Assembly: GCA_051362555.1 (NCBI GenBank)
Contig: CM120640.1
Location: forward strand, 55,034,788-55,098,787
Direction of reading: 5' to 3'
Source: Lingula anatina
Lineage: Eukaryota; Animalia; Brachiopoda
DNA: 64,000 nucleotides
Every line of letters begins with the position of its first letter. Positions within the stretch are counted from its first letter, which is position 1. Shown piece after piece: positions 1 through 13,027 of the stretch. Under the pieces are notes generated by a model that saw nothing but the letters and a program-made list of their open reading frames with translations, was not told the origin of the DNA and did no database searches. Made by a program: the position numbers and the translations under genes.

Positions 1-821
1 TCTACTGTGGTGACTTAAAAGTATTCCAAGGGAATATAAGTGACTTGCATTGTTTAGCATTTGACAGCTCTTCAAGAGATCAATGCATTCTCCGTGCAAT
101 TTCAGTTCCAACAGCACTTTCCTTTACCTTGTGTGCATGACAACGGCTCATTCAATATGCCACACAACAGTTTTACCTGCATATAAATGGGTGCTTTTCA
201 ATTTTCTCTCTCTCTTTTTCTCTTAGTAATTATACATAAAGTGCTCTCTGAAATCAAACTGCACTCCAGGAAATACTTATCAACACCACTGCAATCTTTA
301 AAAAAATTGCCAGCTCATTATCCCATCAAATGCTGGCTATGTTTGACAGGTAGTAGGGCCAGGGAATGAGTCCAGTCTGTCTGGCTGTCAATCTGTGGGT
401 GAGTTAGGCAGAATAAGAAAGTCTTTTCATTATAAACAGCCTTTCCATTTCGCATACCTATATATTCTTTCACACTCTTGTCATCAGCATCATCAGCAGC
501 TTCACCACCACTGTTTAACTATGAGGAACAGACCAAATTATGTTTGTTGAGGCAGTAATTTTAAAAAATTTAAAATGGTAAGATTGTAAATAAACATGTT
601 ATTTTCAAAATTTTTAATAATTTTTTTCATAAGAAAACAGATTTTATATGTGTCCACACATACTGGACTGTACAACATTATGTTTCACTGGACTTACTCT
701 AGCATAATTCAGGAAGTGGCTTAATTAATTGAATGAAAAGTACATTTTCAATTATCCAAATTGAAAAGACAATAAATTGGCAAAAGTATTACATTTTTTA
801 CATTTTCTTTCACCACACTAA

Positions 822-1030
822 GGCTTCGTTCACATGAAAAATCTATTTTCTATTCGCGGTATCTTGTGATCACGGTCTGTGCCCTGAATACCCCGCAGCG
901 TAATTACTGGCAGCGCGAGCCAGTTACTTCCAAAGCGGTAATTAATTCTCGGCTGCGCTCGGAGTGATCACAAGTTACCGCGAATAGAAAATAGATTTTT
1001 AGAAAATAGATTTTTCATGTGAACGGAGTC
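822..1030. mobile_element. Harbinger/Tourist-like MITE
   Basis: TAA flanks; long inverted arms cgttcacatgaaaaatctattttcta. Confidence 0.75.
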
Positions 1031-1675
1031 TAAAACTTCTTGGGCAATGGCTAAATTTTAGTTGTTACCATGTGGCAGCTTCACATCCAAGTCAAGCAAG
1101 ATCTGCACCATGTGTACACACAGCAGGCTTACACGTGTAATCTCATTTCCAAGCAAGCAAGAAACATAGCTGCACATTTAAAAGAATATTGTCAATATTT
1201 GCCTATGTTTGAAACAGCTAATAATCCAATTTACATTGACTCTGATAATCAATTAAGACGTTTAGAGGTTCAGATAAAAATGAATAGCATTGCAATGGGA
1301 TTATTTCCTTACAGAGGTTTAATCCATAAATTATATTTATATACAAACCTTACAATGTAAACAATTCTGTAAAATTATCAATTGTTATATATTATTAGTA
1401 TGGAAAGGGAAAATATGTATCAATAATAAGAATGCTAATGCATGCTTAGATTAACATAAAGCTAAAATAGGTTTTATGCAGTCTTTTGTGTTACAAAACC
1501 CTAATTCCACACAGTTTCTATGCCACAGGATAAATGGAAATCTATGACAGCAATGCAAAATCTGTTACCATAGGTGATGTGTTATTTTTGATATTATAAT
1601 TTTTACCTTTAAATTTATTCTCTAAAATCATGGGTTCAAATACAGTGTAAATTCAGGCAAAAATCAATGACTTAC

Positions 1676-1858
1676 CACCTACACAAGGCTGTTAAGTCAA
1701 TAAACTGATTGACTTGGCAACAACCTTGGTTGAACTCTATGGAGCAGTAAGGTCAATCTCCTTTGATCTCACATGGAACATTGACCAACTTGACTGAAAA
1801 ATTGATTGACTAGCACTTAAAGATCTGTTGTCCATCACAGATATGTGTGTGGCATAGT
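1676..1858 (-). other. Probable non-coding (5' UTR) internal exon of the left-edge gene
   Basis: Acceptor ttttctag and donor GTG|gtaagt; only short ORFs inside. A further acceptor at 519-520 opens a long exon running off the window. Confidence 0.35.
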
Positions 1859-4560
1859 CTAGAAAAATGTCTATTTAGGGGAAATGTATAAATGCATTCT
1901 CAAGGCATACATGTATCCACCTTCTCTCACAGACAGACGGACAGACGGACAGACGTACTGAAAAACAGACAGATAGATTAAATGCAGAGCTTAGGTCTTC
2001 ACTTTGCCAAGAAAATCAATTTTCAGGGAGATATTGATGAACCTTTCATCTGTTCCCCACAGTGATTACTAAAACTGTGAACAACAGGAAATGGTTTAAG
2101 TACTCCCCCAAACACAACATTAGGGAATGTAAAAAAATCAATGAAAATGTCAAAACTTGCTACAGAAAGATGGAAGACTTCTTACATTAAATTGCTATAA
2201 ATAAACTTAAAATGAATCTTTTATGGTATGCAGTATTACAATTATTATACTGCCTAGAATATGACTCTTTGAAAATCATGTCATAGACAGTTTTGTAATG
2301 TGTTAACATTTATTTGTTCCCAGGGACAGGACTTTAAAACAGCACACTGCGATTTCTTCACAAAATATCAAAATGTCTTTGCTATGCTAAACATTAAGCT
2401 TACTACATGCCTCCCCGCCCCCCGCCCCCCCCCCCCCCCCCCCCCCCCCCCCCGCTTCCATCCTTCTATTGCCCACTTCTTTTCTTTTTTTTTTTTCGCC
2501 AGGAAGTATAGAGATAAAATTAAACCATTAAGTCTCCTGTGAATGCAGTAAAAAAATCATGCTATGGAAAATCAAGGACTGAACTGCTCTCTCCCTGCAA
2601 CCAATTATATTCAGGAAGTAAGAGCCATCTAAGACGAAGTAATTAAAAATAGGGATATGGCAAGATAGCATGAGCTGTCAATTTTTATTAGAAAACCTTA
2701 GATTTTTCTTCATCATCAAATAACTTTCAAGATAGCTACCTGTGAAATATATTATTAGTGAGCAAAACTTTACTGATAAGGCACAGTTGTAATGTCTACC
2801 ATTATCAAATATACCATTATCTAAGGTAATATAGGTTAAGTAAATAATTCTGAAGGCAAAAAGGATCATTTTGGCCCCTTCCTGCCCACCCAAATAATAA
2901 AACAAATCACAAATGCACACAAGTTCATAAAGATTCATATTCTTCTTAATGAAGTACATTCTGTGGTATTATGGATATAAATGGAAAAAAATCCTAAGAC
3001 TTTTCCTGAGATTTCAAGCAATAACCAACCTACATTCTATCATTTATGCAATTAATTTCACTTCAAAGGACTACTGGTTTTTTCATGTGAGACATCCACC
3101 TCCAGTATTCAAGCCTTTCCAGTATTAAAGTAATGACTATTTTCTTTGAAAATCATTAGCAATCTTATGGAGATCATTAGGAAAGGTTATTTGAAAAGAA
3201 GATTTTGGTTCCTCTGAAAAATAAAGAAAATGTGACATCGAATATTATTTATTTTCTTACCTTTCAGACTACTTTGAAATGTGATTTCTAGGCAATTTTT
3301 ATAAAACGAAGATTCTGAAAACATCAGAAGAAAGCTGTTACAGACTAAATTGCTCATCATATAGTACATAAATAAGGTTCTTTGGCATTCTTAGCAAAAC
3401 TGAAGCAAAGTAAAAGTACCTTAATTACCTAGATATAGGCCTCGAAGTATTAGCATAATGAGCCTAAATATCTTGAATCACAAGTTTTGGTTCTGAAACA
3501 TCATAACATAAGAAATTACTTTAAAATGTTATTTTAAATAAAAATACTGGGCACACATTTAAAAAGGTCGTATCCTGCAAAGCTTCTTATCTTTGCCATT
3601 TCAGACATTAAGTACGATAAAACCACTCAAATACAAGTTTATATGAAGTGTGTCTGATGTTAATATTTTCTTCTGAGCCTTAGAATCTTGCTAGGTCCAA
3701 GCCTTGGCATCTTGTAACTCTAGCTACGCAAGATATAAAATTGTCTATATTACACACAAGACCAAGTCATGATACAAAATTTTGTGGTCATTTTCTTGCT
3801 ATGACGTGAAAAGGGGGGCTTTCCCAATTAAATATTTCCACGGTCTGCTACAAATTCTAATCACCAATCATCACACTTGTGACCTACATACCCCACAAAG
3901 CCCATGCCATGCCTTACATATTTTTTTCTTGATCTTGGAAGAAGTCAAGAGTAAAACATAACATGTTATTGCTTCATTTAACTAAACATCAAAGCTTACA
4001 GATACACAGACACAAAAAAGAAAAGAAAAATATTGTAACAATATTTTAAAAAAAAAAAAAATCAATAACTTTTGAAAAATAATTTAACCATGCTGATTTT
4101 TATTTAAAATAAAAAAACAACAAATACAGTGTGGCATTTATGGGGCAAACACTGCCAAAATACATGCAAAAAATGCACAAAAATTAAGGACATTCACAAT
4201 AATAATCTGATCATGCTTACTTTTAAAATGAACTTGCCTTATTAACGTACAAACCCACTCAGCAAATTTGAAATAAAAGAAAACCATGGTTTGGCAATTA
4301 TTGGGACTGATCAGCAGCAGCAACAACAACAATGACATGGCCAGACACAGTGATCAAAACATATATAGTAAATATATACAGACATATACAGTGTCAATCA
4401 TGTTGACAGGGAAGATTTATCTAAAACACTAATAAACCTAAAGACATGTCATGTTATTTAAAGAACAGTTTTAGTTTAAGGCAGTCAGTTCCATTCAGGG
4501 TTCAAGAGTTGAACGTACCATAAATTATACCGTTTGCTTAGTTATAACTTTCAACTTTAA

Positions 4561-4862
4561 AGGGATAATAACTTTCCTGGAGTAAACAACAATTTTCCCA
4601 TACTCACCAATGGTTAATGAATCCATTTTTACATTCAAAGTTAGTCCCTGTTTTTTTTCAAAAAAGTTTTGGTTTCTCTTAAGAGATTTGAACAGAGTAT
4701 AGCCATCAATGGAGGTCACGTGGTCTAAAGACAAGCTCTGATATCAGAATAATAGCTATAACTGCCGTTTTTGTGGTAAAACAGAATATATTATATTTCC
4801 ATGAGTTATTCACAATGTTTTTATTGTAAAATATAGATCTCATACGAAGAGTTATTATCCCT
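4561..4862. mobile_element. Kolobok-like MITE copy (opposite orientation)
   Basis: TTAA flanks, AGGGATAATAACT termini, reverse-complement similarity to 24412-24748. Confidence 0.8.
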
Positions 4863-4867
4863 TTAAT

Positions 4868-5647
4868 CAGTGTATGAAATTCAAGGAAATTACTAGCCAG
4901 ACCGCCGGGCAGGTAACTCTGAAAAGTTACCAGCCCGGCCATGTAGTTACCTGCCCTAGTTATGATAACCCCTAGAGTTAAGAGAGGTATGCTGAGGGGG
5001 TCTAGAATGCATTCTTGGGAGAGTAATTTGGAAATGAAAGGGCAATATCATGCCTTATGCATGGAAATTTAGAAATTGGTTGGAATTTCTACTGAATGAT
5101 ACCTTGTCAGTGTTGGATTTAGAGGGGGGTCAGGTTGCCTTGATTGCTGTTGATTATAAGCACTCCATGTGCCTATAAGTCTATTTAATCAATATCATAA
5201 CTTTTTATACTTTCACATTTTTATTACTCTCAACCTACAAATTGCTACTCGCGGTATCTCCTCTACACAAAACAATGACGTAACGTTATCTGCTGTGCAC
5301 TGAAGCTGGTTAAGAACAATGTGCCTCGTTTCAAATTGTCTCTCAACTTCATATCACACAGACGGAACTTCGAAAACAAGGCCACTGAGAGGGAGACTGT
5401 TGGTTACATTTCGATACGAGCGTTCGATTGCAAGCTATGGTTAGTTCTTTGCTTCTATGAAAGTGGGTGAAAACATTGAGTTTATTTGATATTTTGCTGA
5501 AATCGCTTGTGAACATAGACAAAATAAAAGGTGGAAATAGGCTGTAAAAATAGCCAGCCCGTTGGGCGGGTAATTTGCAAATCTTACCCGCCCGGCCTGA
5601 AAGTTACCAGCCTCGGGCTGGCGGGCAGGCGGCCATTTCATACACTG
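4868..5647. mobile_element. hAT-like non-autonomous element
   Basis: TIR CAGTGTATGAAAT; flanking duplication CTTTAAT (7 bp); GC-rich subterminal repeats (ccagcccg). Confidence 0.75.
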
Positions 5648-5705
5648 CTTTAATCATAGTTTTTTTTATGTACAGAGTTTGGTGACTTAATTGTAGGCCC
5701 ATGAG

Positions 5706-6022
5706 CAGGCCTACCCAACTACCAGACTTGGCACCGAATGATCCTGAATTCACTGGTAGATCAGACCACACTACCCGTTTTCAAGGTGTGTGTCAGATCG
5801 CATTGCACAGTATCATACCCTGAACAAATTTTGAGTGGTGATGCAATGCTTTTCAACCCCGCTGAGAATCGTCACTATCACATTGCATACTAGGCAAGAG
5901 GGGTGTCGCGTCTGATACTGTGAAATGCGTACTGATACACACCTTGAAAACGGGTAGTGTGGTCTGATTTACCGGTGAATTCAGGATCATTCGGTACCGA
6001 GTCTGGTAGTTGGGTAGGCCTG
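5706..6022. mobile_element. MITE with TIRs of about 90 bp
   Basis: caggcctacccaactaccagact ... agtctggtagttgggtaggcctg; 5-bp duplication ATGAG. Confidence 0.8.
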
Positions 6023-8108
6023 ATGAGGCTGGGTGATTTGGGTGATTTGCATATCTATATCGCATGCCACATTAATAAATAAATAAATACTACTATACAG
6101 TGTCTGTATATAAAAGCCATGTTCATAAGCCGACCTAGCCAAATAAATCCACTGGGATTTGCCTCCAAGACATAAGTACAGGCTTTTTGAATGAAAAAAA
6201 AAGCAATATTCAAAACATCAATATTTATATGAACTATCCCTATGAGCTTTTTAAAAGCATAGCATCCTAAAATAAACATGCATAGACAGAGAGTAAATAG
6301 TTTCGAGCCTGCTGTATGGGACTAAGGATATTAACTTCTGATTGCAGTAACACCTCTCTAGTGATTTTTTTCATATTTCAGCCAGAGGCCAAGTCATGAT
6401 TCAAGTATAATGGGTATGCTTCAGCTCATAATGTTCATAGCCTGTGATTAAAACCATATTATTTTGTTCTCAGATGATGAAAACAGGTGAGCACGCACTT
6501 CCGTGCTAATCAGAAAACCCAACTTTGACAATGTGGATTTTGCCTACTGGAATCAAAAGATGAAAAACAAGAAAATGTCTTTATTATGTTTCTTTTGAAA
6601 TCAGTGATGGTTGCCTTAAGTCATGTTTTTTCTGTTCCTTAAATAACAAGATACATATGGCAAAAACAGATGCTTCATAGCAACCTTATTTCTTTTCAAC
6701 TTTGGTGAAGCCCGCTGAAACATATTTTTGCGGCAAAGCAAAATTTGAAACAGCACAAAATATTTGCTTCATGAATGAATCACAAGTCAATAAAACATAA
6801 CTTTCAAGTTTGCATAATTGCGAAGATATACATGTACACCGCAAGATGTACTATGTAAATAACATGCACCAGCTGGGTTTGCTTGCTCTAAATTTGAGCT
6901 TTCACATCAGCTGTTACCATATCCCTCACGTGCAGCACACTTACTAGTACTAATTTAGAGCAATCAGCTCTATTCAAATGAAATCTTATTGGTAATTGTG
7001 TCAGTATTCATTGACAAATATTTACATGATAATGTCATTACTTATACAAATTGTAAAAGTAAAGGACAAGCAACTAATCAAGCATGATTAACTCTCCTAG
7101 TGCTTTGATAAAATAATTCATTTATGATTATAATCAAAATAAATTTCAGAGACAGATGCTTTGTAATTAAACCCTTTTTTAACTTCTATCCGGTATTAAG
7201 ATCACATGTGTGATGGCTGTTGTGACTTCCTGAATTCAGCTCAGATGAAAAGATTTATCAAATTTTAAGCAGCCCTGACTCACTATTTACATCCATGGTC
7301 CTCACACACGAGTGGGCAACAGGATATGCACTGTGACATTACAGATTGGCTAACATGCATTTAGAACCTTCAATGAAAGCAAATGCCTATATAGTAAAGA
7401 TGTGTACTATTTAAACTTTAAAATCCTGTAAATTACTATTTTTCATTCCTGTGCAAAGCAAATCTTATTCTAAAAACCACACTGCATAAATTTGCATTGG
7501 ATAAACAGAATCACTACATTTTGATTTTATTTTGAAAAATAAAAAAACTGAGTATAAAAGCCAAAAAATAACTTTCATCACTTACTTACAAGCATTTTAC
7601 TATTTACAACACCACTGTCAAAAACCAAAATACTGTACAATATCCTTGTGAACATCTATAGCCAAATTAAACAGCATTAGTCAGCCTACAAACGATGATT
7701 ATTATCATGATCATTTATTGAGAAGCTCTGCCATACTGCGTCTTACTAAAGCATCATCAATCTTGTACCAGACATAATAACGGTTACATGGTTATGAATC
7801 GGTATTACGTTACTAACAGTGGGGACGTTATGTATATACTGCCGGTACAATGTATGAAGGTTTTAGTATTCCAAAACAGTTAATAAGCTTGACAGAAAAT
7901 TACCAGTGCCTTTAGAGCAATGCATCTGTGATAAAAGATGAACTTTGTTATTTGCATTCCACAAAGTGATACTTTTAGAGAAATGGGAGAGGGACAAGGT
8001 AAAGTTTGTCAACTTTGTGGCCCACCTGTAAACAAACTTCGATTCCGTAAGGCTGTGAATATACTGTGGATATCTACGTTAACTTTCTAGATACAAAGAA
8101 TAACTCAC

Positions 8109-8285
8109 CAGTCAGTTAATGTTTTCAGCTACTTCTTAAAAGTAAATACCGTTCTTTAATGCAGCTTTGCACCCGAATAGGACTCAGCGTTGATAGAAAT
8201 CTTAACTTCCGTTTACCGCGCCATGTTGTGACCTCAGCCTCCCACGCTTTAAATGTCACGTGGTAAGAGTCACGCCCACTTCTTT
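8109..8285 (-). promoter_or_regulatory. Probable promoter and first non-coding exon of a minus-strand gene running off the left edge
   Basis: Locally CpG-rich; minus strand has CAACATGGCG (YY1-like) and CGGAAGT (ETS); GTCACGTGG E-box and CACGCCCAC Sp/KLF-like sites lie upstream; strong donor TG|gtgagt at 8108. Confidence 0.55.
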
Positions 8286-9142
8286 ATAATCTATCACAAC
8301 ATGGTTGTGATAATTTTTATTGCCGTTTTATTATGATTATTAGTAACTTTGTCATGTTTCATTCTTTTCAGATATAAATATCTGTTGCTTCATTTCTCGA
8401 CTTTCATGCACAATGCATATTTCACAGGGCCATTTCTTTAGTGGCGATCGAAGTGCATAAAATCGCACTATTAATATATCTAAGTATTATTTAATATAGT
8501 TTTAAAATTTTGATGGCCTAATTAATTAACCTTACTGCATTTAATTTTCATAACTGTAAGGTCATCTTTTGATAATATTTATATTGCTCATTAACACAGT
8601 AATATTTATATTTTGATTATGCATTTAATAAAAACACTATGTTAGTTTCAAATTCGACTATATGTATTTTTTCACATATTTATCATTTGATATCAACTTA
8701 AACTTGAAATGACCATTTTAATTCATTAATTTATTCATTATAACCTGTTTATTTTCAATTATCCGCCATTCTCTTTGCACTCCCAGCCCACATCTTGGAT
8801 AGATTTAAAAATGTTCATTAGGACGATTTGTGATTGAAAGTGAAGTTTTAAAATAACTCTTCTAAATCTTCACCTTTATCAATTTATTTATTTAAGATAA
8901 AAGTGGCTTTAAGGTCAAGGATGTAAAATTCTATACAAAGTTCTTAAATTGATTTGGCAAAGAATGTGAAAATTTACAAAATGCATTTGGGTTGAAACAG
9001 CTCCCATAGCTAAATAGTCAGACTCTGCTTTCAACCTGGAAATCAGAAGAAAAGAACTGCATTAAATTGTACATAATATGAGAGTATAGGTGACACACAC
9101 ACAAATAAATACTGAATATTACACACTGCAGCATTAAATTAA

Positions 9143-9181
9143 CCCTTTCCTGGTCAGAAGACACAAAAAGGCCTGATTGGT

Positions 9182-9222
<41 letters not shown>

Positions 9223-9705
9223 AAGGGGGGGGGTGCTGTCCTGGTCAAATCACCCATGTAAATTGAGTTATTTTTAAATAGCTCTGTTTTCAATATTTTT
9301 TAATCAATCATCTTGAAATTTGGTATTTTAATGCAAGATTGTGTTTTTTTTTTCTTTGTATTTCAAGTTATAATAATATTTTTTATTGAAAGATCATTAT
9401 TTCCTCCAATTTTTATGCAATAATAAGTATATAAGTGAATAGGTAATAATTTTGACAAAAAATGCAAAGTTGAGAAATACACTAGTGGTATAACAACTAA
9501 ATATTGATTTTTTAAGAACATAAGTACTCGAGCATTTATATGTTTTCTATCAATGAAAATTTCAAGCGGTTAAGATAAAAAAATAAATGTTAGGACATTT
9601 TAAGTAAAGTGCACCATTTAGTGCACCAGTAAAATGTCATTCAGAATCTGTAGAATTAATGGATTCTCCAAGTAATGACTTGAAAATTAAGTGACCAAGA
9701 AAGGG
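9143..9705. mobile_element. piggyBac-like MITE containing (GT)n
   Basis: TTAA|CCCTTTCCTGGTCA ... TGACCAAGAAAGGG|TTAA. Confidence 0.7.
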
Positions 9706-10619
9706 TTAATTAGGCCTAATGAACAATAATTGCCCTTTGTGACTTGGAACCAAAAACTCGTGACTTGCCAAATTCAGTATCTATATAATCGAGCCACAAA
9801 ATCACTCTTCAAGTCATTAATCATTAATTGTCTCTGATTTGTGGCTTTAAGTTATAAATGACAGTTTCCTTGGTAAGGCCTGATAAATAAACATGGATTC
9901 GCAAAATGCCAAAAAAGCCTTTAAAACAGAAATCATGAAATCACTATAGTAAACTATACCATAAGTGAAAATATAAGCAATGGAAATGTCTCTAAACACC
10001 TTAAAACAACACGAAAATTAAACTTACAAACTTCATTTATTCATAGTAAATGCCAAACAAAAGCATAATAACATTGTGTTGTGTTTATAGGATTTTACTA
10101 GAAGCAATCAATTGAGTTATGTGCATCCTTCAAAAAGTCTTGCACAATAGTCAAAAGTGACACTGACAGAAATTATTTAGGTGGATATATATGTTAACAT
10201 GGCCAAAATTGTTCAAAATATCTTTTCCCCCAATTTCTTTTATATTTAATACTTATCGTATAATAGGAAAATAAAATAAAACACTTTTAGAGCAAAAATC
10301 CCCTTTTTTGTCATTTTATTCACCACCCCATGTGCTTTTAGCTCAGCCCCCTTTAAATGTCAAATTAACTGCTTTGTAAATAGATGTAAGATAGTGATTG
10401 GTTTGTGGGGTAACTCTGTAACCAAGTCAGATATTTTCACAAAAATTGGTATGGTTGATAAAAGAGGTGTGATCTAAAATTCTTTGCATTTGCTTTTGAA
10501 AATTTTTGTTTATGAGAAATGAGCCCCTAATTACAATGTTCCATCAAACCACTGAGCTACTATGAAGCTCATTGATCAAAAACATTATTTCACCTTTCTA
10601 CTGATAAAATCAAAATTAA

Positions 10620-10961
10620 AGGGATAACAGCTCTTCGTATGAGATCTATATTTCACAATAAATGCATTGTAAACAACTCCTAGAAATATAATATTCTATT
10701 TTACCACAAAAAAAAGGAGTTATAGCAATTATTCTGCAATTTGTGCTTGTCATCGGACCACGTGACCTCCATAGATGGCTATACTCTGTAATAATCTCTT
10801 AAGAGATTATTACATAGAACCAAACTTTTTAGAAAAAAAAAAAAACAGGGACTAACTTTGAATTTAGAAATGGATTCATTAACCATTGGTAAGTATGGAA
10901 AAATTGTCGTTCACCCCAGGAAAATCCATTTTTTTGGCCAAAATGAATAGTTGTTATCATT
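10620..10961. mobile_element. Kolobok-like MITE copy (more decayed)
   Basis: Same internal sequence as 24412-24748; TTAA flanks; degenerate right TIR. Confidence 0.75.
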
Positions 10962-11587
10962 TTAAGCTTTTCAAAAGAAATCCCTGGCAACAAATTGTAC
11001 TACTTTTGGTTGTGATGAAAAAAAGGCATTAAAATGTTGCAGGTGAGGGAGAGCTGTTCAAATTCCAAAACAATTTTCACCACAAAAACACTAGTACTGC
11101 TGTTATGTCATCAGTTGGAATTAGCAAATTCACCCCAATGTATTTTTGATGTGACAGCTTTATCTCATAACAGGACAAAGTTTATTTCTGCATTATAAAG
11201 TGAATAAGAAAATATTTCCTAACATATATAAGTGCTAATTTATCTAAAATGACAAATTCATAATGGGCAAACACATGGTCTAGTTCTAGTGCATAGTTGG
11301 TCAAACAAATAATATAATGATTAAAACAATATTTTATATGAATTAATTAGATCAACTTAAATATACAGCTGTGTTGACAAGTATTAGTCTGCCTTGAGCC
11401 TAAGTGACAATCTATAAGGTGTAGACTTACGTTCTTAATTAACTTCTGTGGCCTGAAACTTTATACCAGTTGATCAAATTAATTTCTAAGTGATTGTATT
11501 ATCCAAGACATGGTCGAATGTCTCTAAGTATAGCTAAATTCTTGCTCCATTTGAATTTGCACAGAGGGCAATTTATCTACAGAAACT

Positions 11588-11589
<2 letters not shown>

Positions 11590-11649
<60 letters not shown>
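11590..11649. repeat. (TA)n microsatellite
   Basis: Seen directly; similar runs near 20576-20608, 46897-46965, 57592-57619 and 57947-58054. Confidence 0.95.
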
Positions 11650-11652
<3 letters not shown>

Positions 11653-13027
11653 CAATATTGATTTCAGTTATGGTCTAAGTATGCATCTGAAGCCATCTTT
11701 GGTCTGGTCAAAGAATTACACCTATACACCTTTTAATCTGTTGTGTGCACAACACACATGATAATACTGTTGTGATCACTGATGTTCTCTGATATGGAAA
11801 GACTAAATCAAAATACATGTATTTGATATATGTAGAGTCACATACTACTCAGTACTTCTCAAAAGAATATGCATAATGTAAATCGCAACCTTGTAAAATT
11901 GTCAACTGGTATAAAAAACTCAGCTAACAAACATATTATATTCATAACCATTAAACTTTTTAAAAATTACACAAATTTGTCTAAAAACTCACACTATATG
12001 TTAAAATTGGGATTAGTTAATCACAGCCTCCATCTTTGACCAATGTTTACATTGTAATGAGGATTTTTTTAATGAACTGTATGAAATAACAGTACAAACA
12101 GTACAGTACAAACTATGCACTTGATTATTATATTCATTATTTCAGTATCTGCATTAAAAGAAATAGTTTTCACTTAACTGTTGAACATATCAAGATGTAT
12201 GTTAATTTATATCATATGTTAAAATTATTTCTTAAAATGAACTCTTCTTGAAAAAAATTATGATGCACCTCTTCTGATATAAAGGGTAATGAACAAAGAA
12301 CAATGAACCTGCAAAAAGTAAGGTGCAATTAAAATATTTCTATAACCAGTTCACTCTAAAAATATTGAATCCAATGTCTATATTCATAGCATTAATTTAC
12401 AAATAAATATAACATTAAAAACAATATCTTGAAAGTAAGATCAATTGTGCACACCCACTGCCACTTACAAACTAAGGCAACAATGCAAGTAAGCACTCTC
12501 TTAGTCATACAGTATGACTGTTTTGATATCACATGAGGAGATGAGGCCAACAAACTGCAAACACAAATGTCAGTCTCAAAAACCAATACTTCTGTCTTTT
12601 AAATTTCCATTAATCGAAGTCAGGGCTGCTATATTTCATAAATGCTTTCTGAGATTTTCCTAGAAATCTGGAGGAAAACAACTGTCTGGCACAGTTGCTT
12701 TTATTTAATGTCAGGTTTACAATATTGGAAAATGTTGCAATAGAAAGCCCTTAAAAATCACATTTGAAAGTTTCCAGTAGCCAATTTTCAAATCTTTTTT
12801 AATTTGCTTCAAGTTCATACCACATAAAACAACAGCTGTTCAGAACCATTTCATGCAGCCTTATTCATAAAAATACATTAAAGTCAACTTAAATATGTAA
12901 TAAAAAGAACTAAACATTTAGGTATACTCTTGAAGAATGATCATGACATGATCAGAAACCTTAAAGCCAGCCCTGAGAATAAAGGGAGATTCAAATGCCT
13001 TTGAAGAATGAACAGTCATATTTGAAT

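Noticed and set aside
2300-2542. Poly-proline ORF
   Set aside because: Produced by a poly-C homopolymer in an intron.
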